Virus record (IMG/VR): IMGVR_UViG_3300019762_000017
Location: 1-37,671 of that record
Length of the DNA stretch: 37,671 nt
Source of the DNA: a virus
Taxonomy: Duplodnaviria > Caudoviricetes
Direction: 5' to 3' (one strand)
In this document: one piece after another, positions 17,657 through 27,634 of the stretch
Layout of the letters: every line of letters begins with the position of its first letter
How positions within the stretch are numbered: position 1 is the first letter of the stretch
The notes under the pieces: generated by a model
Databases searched by the model: none
Told to the model about the DNA's origin: nothing
Seen by the model: only the letters and a program-made list of their open reading frames with translations
Made by a program: the position numbers and the translations under genes

Positions 17657-17827
17657 ATGGCTAAATCAAAGAAAGATACGCACACTAAATACACCATAGA
17701 TGGTTTAAAGGTAATTGGTGAGCCATCAAAAGGCACATCCGATAACGTTGAAATCCTAATCCCTCAAGACATGCCTTACGTTAAAGTCCGCAAAGCGTTG
17801 GAGTTAGCACTACTAAGGATTCGATAA
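17657..17827 (+). CDS. Small hypothetical protein (56 aa)
   Basis: Read by hand; TAAGGAG RBS; TAATG coupling. Confidence 0.65.
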   Translation: MAKSKKDTHTKYTIDGLKVIGEPSKGTSDNVEILIPQDMPYVKVRKALELALLRIR

Positions 17828-18432
17828 TGCCTAGTCAAGTGGATCTATGCAATAAAGCGCTAAGGCGGTTGGGTGAAGATCCTATTATCGCACTAGACAA
17901 CAATACAATATGGGGTCGTCGTTGTTCGTCCGCCCTACCTACTGTTATTCGTTCAATCCTATCTCTCGATAACTGGCGACCATGTATCAAGCGCGCAGAG
18001 TTGGCCGCTGAATCAATGAAGCCTATCGGGTTTACTTCTGCTTACCCTGTTCCTAATGACTTTCTTAAATTGTCTGCTGTAAAGATTGGTCACTATGAAG
18101 ATTGGTCAATGGAGGGTAATAAGATACTTACGCGCAAGGCTGCCACTGAGTCACTTCAGATTATGTACGTGTCAGAGGTTACCGATCCGAATATCTACTC
18201 AGCAATGATGTATGAAGCTATTGCGCTTGGTTTGGCTCATGAGTTATCAGGGTATTCAACAGCGTCAAATGTGAGTCGTGATGATATTTACACTCTATTC
18301 GTTAATTCAGTGAATACCGCCCAGTACGTTAACTCGCAAGAGAACCCAGTCACACAGCTTGCTACTTCATCATGGGTTGATGCTAGAATATCTAATCTAG
18401 ATAGAAGCCTTTACGGTTATGAGGTTGAGTAA
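17827..18432 (+). CDS. Tail tubular protein A (adaptor)
   Basis: SQVDLCNKALRRLGE, AYPVPNDFL, EAIALGLA. Confidence 0.85.
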   Translation: MPSQVDLCNKALRRLGEDPIIALDNNTIWGRRCSSALPTVIRSILSLDNWRPCIKRAELAAESMKPIGFTSAYPVPNDFLKLSAVKIGHYEDWSMEGNKILTRKAATESLQIMYVSEVTDPNIYSAMMYEAIALGLAHELSGYSTASNVSRDDIYTLFVNSVNTAQYVNSQENPVTQLATSSWVDARISNLDRSLYGYEVE

Positions 18433-20591
18433 TGAAATCACCTTACATGAAATTAAACTTCAACGGGGGCGAGCTTAGCCCCTTTCTTGATGGTCGCGTG
18501 GACTTCGATAAGTACACGTCCGGCTGTAAAGAGATGACCAACTTCATTCCCACCGTTTACGGCCCAATGACAAAGCGCCCAGGCACTAGATTCGTAGAGG
18601 ATTTAGGCGAAGAGGCCGTACTGTATCCTTTTGAGTTCTCAGAATCCCAAGCTTACATATTTGCATTTAAAAATTTAATTATTGACGTTTACACTGGTGA
18701 TGGACGCTTGGTTAATGGCGGCCCTGTCACTATCGCATCACCGTTCACTATCGCTGAAGCTAAAGAGTTAAAGTTCGCTCAAACTGGTGATCTGATTTAC
18801 TTCACTCACCCCACTGGCGGCATATATAAGATTTCAAGAACAGCTGTTGATACGTTTGCAGGTGAGTTATTTGAACCTCTTAATGGGCCATTTCAAGACG
18901 AGAACATTGATGCCACGCTAACAGTAACTGTGGCCGGAACACCTCCCAATATAACCATTACAGCAAGTAGCCCCACTTTTGTTGTTGAGGATATTGGCGC
19001 GTCAATTAAGGTCGGTTACTTGCCGTCTACTGAGTTTGATCGCTGGTCTCCCGAGGCTGGCACATGGTCCGTTAATGACTACATGCAGTATGAAGGTAGG
19101 ATTTACAAAGTAATCGCTGGATCTGGTGCCGCTGGTACTCGTGCCCCGCTACATGAAAAGGGCTCTAAGTCTGATGGTGCGTTAACACTTGAATACATTT
19201 CTGACGGGTTTGGATATGCCACAATCACAGCATTCACAGGCGATACGGTAGTTGATGCTACAATAATCAAGGATTTCCCGCCTAATATAATTGGGACCGC
19301 TACCGATGAATGGTCATGGTCTGCATTCGGTGGTCGCTTTGGCTGGCCTAATGCAATCGTATTTCATCAGCAAAGAATGATACTTGGTGGCTCACTTGAG
19401 CAGCCTCAAACTATATGGGGAAGTGTGATAGGTGATATTGAAAACTTTAACGAGGGAACCAATGACGATGACGCTTATGAGTTCACCATTGCCGCCAACA
19501 AGAAAAACCCTATTGAATGGCTAGCCTCTAATGTCGCATTGAATATCGGATCGCTTGGTGGTGAGTTCTTCGCGTCATCAGTGGGGCCAACTATCACACC
19601 CACTGATATTGATATAAAACAAATTGGTCAGTATGGCAGTTCTGAGAATGTAGCGCCTCTTATCGCTAATGGGTTCACGGTATTCACTCAGGCTGGTGGT
19701 AGAAAGCTGAGAGAGCTTCGGTTTGATGAAAGCTCACAGCGAAACTTTGCGCGAGATTTGAATAAGGTCTCTGAGCATATAACGGATTTCGGGATCAAAA
19801 AAATAGCGTATCAAGCTGAACCTTATCAGGTTATATGGGTGATTATAGGCACCGAGTTATACGCCCTTACTTACGAGACTGATGAAGATGTATTCGCGTG
19901 GAGTCGGCAAGATTGCGGTGAAGTCATTTCAATAGCCACTATTCCCGATGGTGGTAATGATCGATTATGGATGGTCGTCAAGAGAAGCGGTAATTATTAC
20001 ATCGAATACCTGACTGACTTCTATCGTCGTACAGATTTAATTGAAGATGCTTGTTTCCTTGACTCATCACTACTATATGAGGGAGTAGAGGTCGAAACCC
20101 TAACGGGGTTAGATCACCTGGAAGGTCAAGAGGTTCATGTCCTAAATAACGGTTCAGTGGGGCGGCCACAGACGGTAACGGGCGGAGAGATAACTCTGCA
20201 ATTCCCGACAACCAAATGCGCAGTCGGATTGCTAATAACGTCAGCATGGCAGTCTATGAGGCTGGAAGGTGGTTCCAATGATGGCGTAGGGCAAGGCAAA
20301 GCAAAGAAGGTCACCAGCTTAATATTTAGGCTGGAAGAAACGGGGGCGGGACTATCTTACGGGAAAGGGGGTGTGAACAAATCATTCTATGGGCCGTACT
20401 CGCTTGTAGATCTGCCCGTGAGAAATACTAACGATGACATGGACTCACCGCCGGGGTTATTAACTGGTGACGTGTGGCGGCAGGCGTTTGAGGGTGGAAC
20501 AGATCCGCAGATGATGATAAGAGTTGAGCATTCGTCACCCGTTCCGTGTACAATTATATCAATAATTTGCACAGTGGATACGAGACAATGA
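18432..20591 (+). CDS. Tail tubular protein B (nozzle)
   Basis: NFNGGELSP...GRVD, GPMTKRPGT, GWP..IVFHQQRM, GLDHLEG. Confidence 0.92.
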   Translation: MKSPYMKLNFNGGELSPFLDGRVDFDKYTSGCKEMTNFIPTVYGPMTKRPGTRFVEDLGEEAVLYPFEFSESQAYIFAFKNLIIDVYTGDGRLVNGGPVTIASPFTIAEAKELKFAQTGDLIYFTHPTGGIYKISRTAVDTFAGELFEPLNGPFQDENIDATLTVTVAGTPPNITITASSPTFVVEDIGASIKVGYLPSTEFDRWSPEAGTWSVNDYMQYEGRIYKVIAGSGAAGTRAPLHEKGSKSDGALTLEYISDGFGYATITAFTGDTVVDATIIKDFPPNIIGTATDEWSWSAFGGRFGWPNAIVFHQQRMILGGSLEQPQTIWGSVIGDIENFNEGTNDDDAYEFTIAANKKNPIEWLASNVALNIGSLGGEFFASSVGPTITPTDIDIKQIGQYGSSENVAPLIANGFTVFTQAGGRKLRELRFDESSQRNFARDLNKVSEHITDFGIKKIAYQAEPYQVIWVIIGTELYALTYETDEDVFAWSRQDCGEVISIATIPDGGNDRLWMVVKRSGNYYIEYLTDFYRRTDLIEDACFLDSSLLYEGVEVETLTGLDHLEGQEVHVLNNGSVGRPQTVTGGEITLQFPTTKCAVGLLITSAWQSMRLEGGSNDGVGQGKAKKVTSLIFRLEETGAGLSYGKGGVNKSFYGPYSLVDLPVRNTNDDMDSPPGLLTGDVWRQAFEGGTDPQMMIRVEHSSPVPCTIISIICTVDTRQ

Positions 20592-21025
20592 TAAGACCGC
20601 TTTCGCCTTTTGACGTTGATATGTTAGAAGTACAGGAAAAACAAAAGGCATATAGGCAGCACATTAAAGATGCTGCTTTGTCTTGCGGTTTGACTAATGC
20701 ATTTACCTATATTGAGAAGGATGGCATTAAAGCTGTTTTTGGTATGCAAGACATGTGGCCGGGTCGAGCTGTGGTGTGGGCGCTTATAGGTAGTGTAGGA
20801 AATTGGTCTGCATTACACCGTGGCGTAAAAAAATTAATGGAGCACTACTCAATGATTCACAATGTGTCTCGGTTAGAGATGACTACCGAGGTTGGTTTTG
20901 ATGAGTCAGAAAAGTGGGCCAAGATGCTAGGATTTAAAGAGGAATCATTAATGCCTAACTTTGGTGTTGATGGTAAAGATCATAAAATGTGGGTAATACT
21001 ATGGCAGCAGCAATCCCTTTCATAG
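20588..21025 (+). CDS. GNAT-fold virion assembly protein (T7 gp13-like position)
   Basis: WAKMLGFKEE motif; after tubular B. Confidence 0.65.
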   Translation: MIRPLSPFDVDMLEVQEKQKAYRQHIKDAALSCGLTNAFTYIEKDGIKAVFGMQDMWPGRAVVWALIGSVGNWSALHRGVKKLMEHYSMIHNVSRLEMTTEVGFDESEKWAKMLGFKEESLMPNFGVDGKDHKMWVILWQQQSLS

Positions 21026-21441
21026 CCATGGGAGCTTCCGTGCTGGGGAGTGTTCAAGGCGCACAGGCAACAGAGCAGCAGCTAGAGAATCAAGCTCAGG
21101 CTCTAGAGTTGCGTTCGAAGTTAATCCGCAGGGAAGGCGCAGACCAAGCTGAAATGATTCGAGGGCAGAAAGATCCGATACTTGGTCAAGTTACAGCTCA
21201 AGCCGCAGGCGGTGGCGTAGAGGTTAGTACTGGTAGCGTTCTTGATGTCATAAAAGACAACGCTTTTAATATCGAAATGGACGCGCTGACCACAATGGAG
21301 ACGTCTAATCGTCAGGCCAATACAGCGCAGATAGAAGCTGCGAACACGAGAGCAGGAAAGCCAACAGGCCTTAGCACTCTTCTTGGTGCGGTTGGTTCTG
21401 GCATGTCCGGCTACGCTGCCGGTAAAGTGGCATTTTCTTAG
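21001..21441 (+). CDS. Internal virion/ejection protein (gp14-like)
   Basis: Ala/Gly-rich hydrophobic ends; AAGGGVEVSTGSVLDV. Confidence 0.75.
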   Translation: MAAAIPFIAMGASVLGSVQGAQATEQQLENQAQALELRSKLIRREGADQAEMIRGQKDPILGQVTAQAAGGGVEVSTGSVLDVIKDNAFNIEMDALTTMETSNRQANTAQIEAANTRAGKPTGLSTLLGAVGSGMSGYAAGKVAFS

Positions 21442-21452
21442 AAGGGTTAATC

Positions 21453-23453
21453 ATGGCAAAGCTTCCACAATACATGCAAACAAAAGTCGCCCAAGCCGCA
21501 TCACCTGGAGCGGCATTAGTTGACACTTCGATGAGCAAGGCCGCAGGTCAGTTCGCTCAAGGCTTAGTTGATGTAACGAGAATTAACACTCAAATGCAAG
21601 AGCGTGAAGCTCGCGACTATAGACTTAATGTTCAAAATCAAACCACGGTCGCGCTAGCTGAAGAGAAAATAAACCTAACTAGTAGCTCCAAGACCGGAAG
21701 TGAATATGCAGGCGGCGTGCAAGCGTTTATCGATAGCCAGCGAGATAGCGCGGTCGAAAATGCGCCGAACCCGCGAGCGGCTGAGCAAGCAAGAAAATAC
21801 TATGACATGCTTGGTGCTACCGAGATGCAATCAGCTGTAGGTGTTGCGGCTAAAATTAACGCAGAAAACACAGCGGAGATAACCAGCACGACTTTAAATA
21901 TAAGTTTTAACGATACCTTTCAGAATCCTGGTAACTACGAAATTCAGTTAGCCAATGGCGCGCAAGTTATTGGCATGTCTGACTTATCAGAAAACCAAAA
22001 AGAAAGTGCTATTAAAGCTTACTCTAATGAGCTGACGGTTTATCGATTCCAAGGGATGATTAAACAAGATCCAGCAAAGGCAAAGGCCGAGCTTGATGGC
22101 GGTGAGTTTAATTCAATTCTAAATACAGATCAGTTAATGAAGTTATCTGCATCAGCTGATCAACAAGTAAAAGCTCAAGGCGCTGCGACCAAGAAGAAGG
22201 TATCAGGTGAAATTAGCGATTACATTGCCTACAAGAGTGCTGGCGGACAAAACAAAACAAACTACAGCGAAGCTAGCTTGCAATCAATCTACGGAGCTGA
22301 GCAAGGCACTGCCCTATTTAGCAAGATTCAAGACGCAAACTCTTTCGCTGATAGCTTTGGTCAAATAGAGTTAGCCGGAGCTGATGAGCTAGAGGGCTTG
22401 CTTGCGTCAGAGAAAGTGACCGGCCCCGAAGACTTCCGCACCCAGTCACAACAAGAGTCAAGTATGATCCGCGCCATTGTTGAGCGCAACAACCAGTTAA
22501 GCAGCGATCCGGCCCTGTACTCTTTGAAGTCTGGCAATGTTCAGCAGGCACTTGAAGAATATCAAGCGTCTGGTGATGGTAAAAGCTATGCAATCGCTAC
22601 CACGTCAGAGCAGTTAAGGCTTGGCGTTCCCAATGAATACTTATCCGTTATGAGTAAGAAGCAAGCTAATGCAATTGTCACTCAATACAATCAGGGCGGT
22701 GAAGATGCAGCTGAAATGCTTGGCGAGCTAAAGAATCAGTTTGGTGATTACTTTCCCATTGTAATGCGAGACTTAAACAGAGCCGGATTATCTCCACACG
22801 CATCACTGGTCTCTGTATTGGATGGAGGAGCGGCAACGTACCTATCACAAGCAGATAAAGCCGGATATAAAAAGATGTCCGATAATGTAGGAAAAGACAA
22901 TACCAAGGATATTAAAGACCTATCGAAAGCTTACATTGATGACAACTTTAGCGACACAGTTAACGGAACTCCTTCAGGGATTTCAATGAAAAACCAGATG
23001 AGCAAATCACTTGAGTTGCTATCAATGTACTACCTTGATTCGGGAATGGTTGACAGCGCTAGTGATGCAAGCGAAAAGGCATATGATGATTTAATAGGTG
23101 ACCGATACACCTTTCAAGATGGCTACAGAGTCCCGGTGAAGGTGGGAGGTCACACTCCCGACTCAAGTAAGATAGAGAGGTCACTTGATGCATTAATGGA
23201 TAATCTCGACGATATTAAGTTGATGCCCCCATTCGACCCATCTATGCCAGCAGAGCAAAGGCTAGAAGTTTACAGGATGCGATTACAACCAAAATGGCAG
23301 ACTCGCGGTGATGATGCAGGCGTTGAATTGGTAGACCAAAACCAACAGGCTGTATTATCTGCTGACGGGCAAAAGCTATTTTACTCATGGTCGGAGCTTG
23401 AAGAAATGGACAAGAGCACTACGCGCACATTCTTCGGCCTTGGGGGTCTTTAA
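21453..23453 (+). CDS. Internal virion/ejection protein (gp15-like)
   Basis: MAKLPQY start; helical Ala/Gln-rich; synteny. Confidence 0.7.
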   Translation: MAKLPQYMQTKVAQAASPGAALVDTSMSKAAGQFAQGLVDVTRINTQMQEREARDYRLNVQNQTTVALAEEKINLTSSSKTGSEYAGGVQAFIDSQRDSAVENAPNPRAAEQARKYYDMLGATEMQSAVGVAAKINAENTAEITSTTLNISFNDTFQNPGNYEIQLANGAQVIGMSDLSENQKESAIKAYSNELTVYRFQGMIKQDPAKAKAELDGGEFNSILNTDQLMKLSASADQQVKAQGAATKKKVSGEISDYIAYKSAGGQNKTNYSEASLQSIYGAEQGTALFSKIQDANSFADSFGQIELAGADELEGLLASEKVTGPEDFRTQSQQESSMIRAIVERNNQLSSDPALYSLKSGNVQQALEEYQASGDGKSYAIATTSEQLRLGVPNEYLSVMSKKQANAIVTQYNQGGEDAAEMLGELKNQFGDYFPIVMRDLNRAGLSPHASLVSVLDGGAATYLSQADKAGYKKMSDNVGKDNTKDIKDLSKAYIDDNFSDTVNGTPSGISMKNQMSKSLELLSMYYLDSGMVDSASDASEKAYDDLIGDRYTFQDGYRVPVKVGGHTPDSSKIERSLDALMDNLDDIKLMPPFDPSMPAEQRLEVYRMRLQPKWQTRGDDAGVELVDQNQQAVLSADGQKLFYSWSELEEMDKSTTRTFFGLGGL

Positions 23454-25141
23454 TGTTTTATGACAGTGCAGGCGCACCAGTAAGAAAGAGTTACACGCTT
23501 GATGAGTTCGGCGTTGATACCACAGCAGCTATGGGCGCAGCTTTTAAGCAAAGCTTACTTGAAACCTTTTCATCTGCAACGTGGAGAGATAACGAGCTAA
23601 TCAGGGCTAACATAGGTGAGGATGAAGTGCATTACGGTGCTTATTCTCCCTCACTTGGTCACAGTAAAATTATAACCGGAACAGAAAAAAAGCTAACAAC
23701 TGAGCAGGCACAAGCTCAGATAAATGACTCAGGCTTGCCGCTAACGGTTCCTGATGAGGGATTTACTCAAAAGGCGCTTGATATCGTAATGAACCGAAAG
23801 CGTGAGGAGTTAGTTAGAAAGAAACAAATGGATGACGCTAGTGGATTCATTGCTACTGGCGGCAAGTTTGCCGCGAGTATGATCGCCCAGGTATTAGATC
23901 CTGTTAACGTAGCCGTTTCATTTGTTCCCGTCATTGGCCCAACTAAATATGCAGCTTGGATTGCCTCCGCTGCTGGTGCTGGTGAGCGCGCACTTATCCG
24001 CGCTGGCGTCGGTACTGTTGAGGGGCTAGCGGGTGCGGCTATTGTTGAGCCTGCTATCTATCAAGCTATGTCAAGAGAGCAAGCGGATTACACAATGGCC
24101 GACTCCCTAATCAATGTAGGACTAGGCACTGTATTGGGTGGTGGCTTGCATATGGGTATCGGTGCAGCCAGTGACGCATTTAAAAGAACGGGTAGCAAGA
24201 CACTTCAGCAACCACAAGGCACAATGTCAAAAGCTATTGATAGTGCAGATCCGGCCACTCGTGAGGCTATGTTAAAAACCTCGATGCAGATGGAAGCGCA
24301 AGGTTATAAGCTTGATGTCACAGCAGTAGCGGCAGCTGATCCAAATCTAAATGCAATCACTAAGGCGATGGAGGCGGAATCAAAAGCAACTGGCATATGG
24401 TTTCACGGTACATCTAAAGAGTTTGATAGATTTGATATCTCAACGTTCGGAGCAAACGAGCCAAGAGGTGATTATGTGGGAAAGGCCATTTTCTTCACGC
24501 AAAGCAAAGAGAAGGCCCAGAGATACGCCAAGCAATCGGGTGGAGATATAATTAAGACCGCAGAGCTTGATCTTAAAAATCCACTGATAATAAAAGACGG
24601 GGCACCAAAGGATTATTATGATGCAATAAATCCATCTAAGCACCTTGATGAAAGTGAAGTTCAATATATGCGCGATGCAGGGATGAGTGAGAGAGAGATT
24701 AAGCAGGCGGCGTTTTATGACTTGACCGAAATTGAAAAGGCAGACTACGCAAAATCCAAAGGTCACGATGGATTGATTGATTATGATTATGGTCAAGCAG
24801 CTGTATTTGATGGTGAGCAGGTAAGGATAGTAAAAGAAAAAACCCCAATGCCGCCGCACGTTGATGAGTCTCAAGCCGCTAAAAATACAGTTAGCGAAGG
24901 TTTCTCCCCTGGCAATAAGCGCGGTGTTGATAAGCCTGCATCAATCGAAGCTGATGCGAAGTTAGCCAAAACCGAAAGTAGTCTAGATGAAGAGATGTCA
25001 GATTTAGAGGATTTCTTTTCTGAATATCAAAAGATGACAGGAGATGACACAAGCCTTAAAATATACGATGAAGCCATAGCAAAGGCTGAAACTGACGCGA
25101 CAGCGCTCAAGGCCGCAACCATGTGTAGGTTAACTAAATGA
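23453..25141 (+). CDS. Ejection protein with inserted ADP-ribosyltransferase-like (ART-PolyVal) domain
   Basis: Gly/Ala hydrophobic helices (LDPVN...VGLGTVLGGGL), then WFHGT..FDRF, GKAIFFT..A.RYA, LKNPL, GHDG, VFDGEQV. Confidence 0.7.
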   Translation: MFYDSAGAPVRKSYTLDEFGVDTTAAMGAAFKQSLLETFSSATWRDNELIRANIGEDEVHYGAYSPSLGHSKIITGTEKKLTTEQAQAQINDSGLPLTVPDEGFTQKALDIVMNRKREELVRKKQMDDASGFIATGGKFAASMIAQVLDPVNVAVSFVPVIGPTKYAAWIASAAGAGERALIRAGVGTVEGLAGAAIVEPAIYQAMSREQADYTMADSLINVGLGTVLGGGLHMGIGAASDAFKRTGSKTLQQPQGTMSKAIDSADPATREAMLKTSMQMEAQGYKLDVTAVAAADPNLNAITKAMEAESKATGIWFHGTSKEFDRFDISTFGANEPRGDYVGKAIFFTQSKEKAQRYAKQSGGDIIKTAELDLKNPLIIKDGAPKDYYDAINPSKHLDESEVQYMRDAGMSEREIKQAAFYDLTEIEKADYAKSKGHDGLIDYDYGQAAVFDGEQVRIVKEKTPMPPHVDESQAAKNTVSEGFSPGNKRGVDKPASIEADAKLAKTESSLDEEMSDLEDFFSEYQKMTGDDTSLKIYDEAIAKAETDATALKAATMCRLTK

Positions 25142-27630
25142 TAACGTGTAGCGATGCAATAAAGAACGCGACAGGCAAAGACTATGAAATCAGTGAAATT
25201 GACGAATTCATACAGCAAGCGGATCGCATTAAGCAAAAGATAATGAGTGATTCAAATATCGCAGATAAGAATCAGGCCATTATTGATGAGCTTGATAATA
25301 TTGCCGCTGATATGGTCGCAGCTCAGAAGATTGAAAAGCGTAACGCGATGATCAACAAGATGCGCCTCAATGAAAATATTGATTTCGTGCAATCTCAATA
25401 CGCTGATGACATGGGCAAGGGAATTCAAACTATCTTGGTCGGTGATGAGAAGATAGCGGCTGGCTCTCGTTACAGCGTTGATGCTGAGCAGAAGTCATTA
25501 TCCAACATGTACCGTGGCGGCATGGCTCACGACCTTGAGGCGGCTGGCTTATTTAAACTTGTTACGAGTCACGAATTTGATAGAGATATCGCAAGGGCTT
25601 TAGCTGGTGAAACTCCGGCTAATGTAAAGTTAAATCCTGATGTGGTTAAAGCGGCTGAGATAATCCAGAAATACCAAGAGTTAGCGCGTAGAGATTCAAA
25701 CAAAGCTGGCGCATGGATTAAAAAAATAGAAGGCTATGTAACTAAGCAAACTCACGATATAGATAGCATTGCTAAAACTAGCTATGAAGATTACACCGAG
25801 TTTCTTAAAAGCAAATTGAACTTAGAGAAAACCCTTGAAGGCGTGGATAATGAAGATGAGTTTTTTAGGTCTTTATACAAGGCCTTATCAACTGGCGTCC
25901 ATCACTCTCAATCACGCAAGGAAATAACTAAGGCATTTAAAGGCAGCGCGAACATGGCGCGCAAGATGTCAGAAGGTCGATTGATTCACTTTAAAAATGC
26001 TGATTCCTTCATGGACTATAACGACATCTACGGAAGTGGTGATTTAATTAGCGGAATACTTCAAGGGCTAAATAGTTCAGCGGAGAATACCGGGCTGATG
26101 CGAAAGCTTGGCACTAATCCAGACGCCATGCTTGATACTCTATATGACAATGTAGGCAGATCAATCAAAGACCCTAAAGAGCTAGCCGCTTTCGAGAAAA
26201 CAAAAAACATCACTGAAAATTATTTTGCTGAAGTGTCAGGACAAACGCGGCTAGCTGGCTCGCAAATGGGCGCGAAGGTATCAAGTAACATTCGAGCGGT
26301 TCAATCAATGGCCAAGCTTGGAGGCGCTTTATTGTCGTCAATATCAGATACGGTAACTTATGCCGGTGAGGTTAGATATCAGGGAGGTAACCTATTAAGC
26401 GGTATTGGCGAATCAATGCAGGCTATCGCCAAAGGTCGCGGAACTGTAGAGCACAGGCAAATAATGGCTAACATGGGCGTTAGTATGGATTCATTTCTTG
26501 GTGACTTATCTTCACGCTGGCAGACGGGCGATCCGATTAGTGGGTTAACTGAAAAATCAATGAACTCGTTCTTTAAATGGAACGGCTTAACGTGGTGGAC
26601 TGATGCCATGAAGAGAAGTGCGGCCATAGGGACAAGTAACCGATTATTCCAGCAGTCAGATATTTCATTTAATTCACTCGACCCAAGAAGCAAGCGAGTA
26701 ATGAAGCTGTACGGGATCGGTGATAATGAGTGGAATATCATTAGAAAGTCTAAATATGAAGCAGAGGACGGCACCGGGCTATTAACGCCAGAGGCCATGT
26801 CTAAGCTTCCTGATGACGACTTTGTATCAATGATAGAAAGTCAGGGGTTAAAGCCCACCAAGATGCGCATAGAGATGCTACGTGATGAGCTTGAGGGTAA
26901 ATTAAGAAGCTACGTGTCCGATAGGACGGGTTACGCACAATTAGAGACCGATGCCCGCTCGCGTTCGGTGTGGACAAGAGGAACGAAGCGCGGAACAGTG
27001 CCGGGTGAAACACTTCGATTCATTGCTCAATTCAAACAGTATCCAACTATATTTTTACAGCGAACATTAGGGCGTGAAATTAAAGGTAAAGCCAAAGGAA
27101 CAGGATCGGATAAGTTCATCGATTCCCCTTTGTATGGCGTTGCCTCGCTATTCTCAGCGCTAACTATTGGCGGTTATGTAGCAATGACAGCCAAAGATTT
27201 AGCCAAAGGAAGAGAGCCAAGAGATCCATCATCAATGAATACATGGATGGCGGCAGCGGTTCAGGGTGGCGGCGCTGGCATCTATGGAGATTTCTTATTC
27301 GGCGATATGAAAAACAGGTTTGGTGGCGGCGCGATCTCAACCTTTGCAGGGCCAACAGCAGGAACGGCAGAGCAGGTGATTGATTTATTCCAGCGGGCTC
27401 GTGACGGTGATGACACCGCATCCACTGCGCTAACTGCCGCACTGAATAACACGCCATACGCAAATCTATTCTATACGCGGATAGCTCTTGATTATATGAT
27501 ACTCTATGACGTAAGGGAGTCATTAAATCCAGGCTACATAAAGCGCATGGAGCGGCGAATTAAAAAAGAGAATGAGCAGGAGTTTTTATTACCACCATCT
27601 CAAAGCGCATTAAGACCAATAACAAGGTGA
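25138..27630 (+). CDS. Large internal virion/ejection protein (gp16-like)
   Basis: YVTKQTHD, QFKQYP, QGGGAGIYGDFLF, PYANLFY motifs of BPP-1/epsilon15-type ejection proteins. Confidence 0.8.
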   Translation: MITCSDAIKNATGKDYEISEIDEFIQQADRIKQKIMSDSNIADKNQAIIDELDNIAADMVAAQKIEKRNAMINKMRLNENIDFVQSQYADDMGKGIQTILVGDEKIAAGSRYSVDAEQKSLSNMYRGGMAHDLEAAGLFKLVTSHEFDRDIARALAGETPANVKLNPDVVKAAEIIQKYQELARRDSNKAGAWIKKIEGYVTKQTHDIDSIAKTSYEDYTEFLKSKLNLEKTLEGVDNEDEFFRSLYKALSTGVHHSQSRKEITKAFKGSANMARKMSEGRLIHFKNADSFMDYNDIYGSGDLISGILQGLNSSAENTGLMRKLGTNPDAMLDTLYDNVGRSIKDPKELAAFEKTKNITENYFAEVSGQTRLAGSQMGAKVSSNIRAVQSMAKLGGALLSSISDTVTYAGEVRYQGGNLLSGIGESMQAIAKGRGTVEHRQIMANMGVSMDSFLGDLSSRWQTGDPISGLTEKSMNSFFKWNGLTWWTDAMKRSAAIGTSNRLFQQSDISFNSLDPRSKRVMKLYGIGDNEWNIIRKSKYEAEDGTGLLTPEAMSKLPDDDFVSMIESQGLKPTKMRIEMLRDELEGKLRSYVSDRTGYAQLETDARSRSVWTRGTKRGTVPGETLRFIAQFKQYPTIFLQRTLGREIKGKAKGTGSDKFIDSPLYGVASLFSALTIGGYVAMTAKDLAKGREPRDPSSMNTWMAAAVQGGGAGIYGDFLFGDMKNRFGGGAISTFAGPTAGTAEQVIDLFQRARDGDDTASTALTAALNNTPYANLFYTRIALDYMILYDVRESLNPGYIKRMERRIKKENEQEFLLPPSQSALRPITR

Positions 27631-27634
27631 CACT

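Noticed and set aside
17590-17660. T7 gp10B-type capsid frameshift extension
   Set aside because: No slippery sequence near the stop, and a strong terminator follows
20588-21025. GNAT toxin partner for the DUF1778-like protein
   Set aside because: Occupies the conserved podovirus gp13-like slot after tubular B, 10 kb away from the RHH gene
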